IMG/VR virus record: IMGVR_UViG_3300005611_000084
Location: 1 to 37,607 of that record
DNA: 37,607 bases
Source of the DNA: a virus
Lineage: Duplodnaviria; Caudoviricetes
Strand: one strand, 5' to 3'
This document shows, piece by piece, positions 37,522 through 37,607 of this stretch (positions within the stretch are counted from its first letter, which is position 1; the number at the start of each line of letters is the position of its first letter). Both the position numbers and the translations under genes were made by a program. Under the pieces are notes generated by a model. The model did no database searches and was not told where the DNA came from. It saw only the letters and a program-made list of their open reading frames with translations.

Positions 37522-37607
37522 ATGAATATTACAGACTTTAACACTATGATGACTACAATGACTATTAAGGATTTAAATAGTATGAAAGATATGATTAACA
37601 ATGTTAT
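37522..37607 (+). CDS. Hypothetical protein, truncated by the window end
   Basis: AAGGA RBS then MNITDFNTMMTTMTIKDLNSMKDMINNV..., open to the end of the window. Confidence 0.55.
   Translation, partial: MNITDFNTMMTTMTIKDLNSMKDMINNV

Noticed and set aside
1-37607. tRNA/rRNA genes or stop-codon reassignment
   Set aside because: Intergenic gaps are short and AT-rich with no cloverleaf seen; core genes translate full length in the standard code, and TAG terminates gp18 and gp25.

Overview
AT-rich (roughly 30% GC by eye) late, virion-morphogenesis module of a T4-like marine myovirus. Gene order and content resemble cyanomyoviruses and the Pelagibacter myophage HTVC008M, so an alphaproteobacterial (SAR11-like) host is inferred, not shown. 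Nearly all genes are on the minus strand. In transcription order: two small ORFs, PAAR (gp5.4), gp25, gp6, gp7, a four-gene fibre/adaptor insert, gp8, a 2077-aa VrlC/DUF4815-like protein, small adaptor proteins, a Gly-rich fibre and its partner, an oxygenase-like gene, a flavin-dependent halogenase, more fibre modules, gp13, gp14, gp15, four 2OG-Fe(II) oxygenases, gp16, a ParB-like ORF, two more oxygenases, gp17 and gp18. T4 late promoters (TATAAATA) precede many genes, and a divergent sigma70-type early unit starts near 37.3 kb. Most notable: (i) an exact alphaproteobacterial LexA box at the early/late junction, next to the first late promoter; (ii) seven oxygenase-like genes plus an atypical halogenase embedded in the structural module; (iii) recurring C-terminal/N-terminal motif pairs suggesting a plug-and-socket fibre assembly system; (iv) three complete small ORFs missing from the ORF track; (v) promoter geometry predicting leaderless mRNAs. 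All calls rest on motif recognition; no database searches were run.
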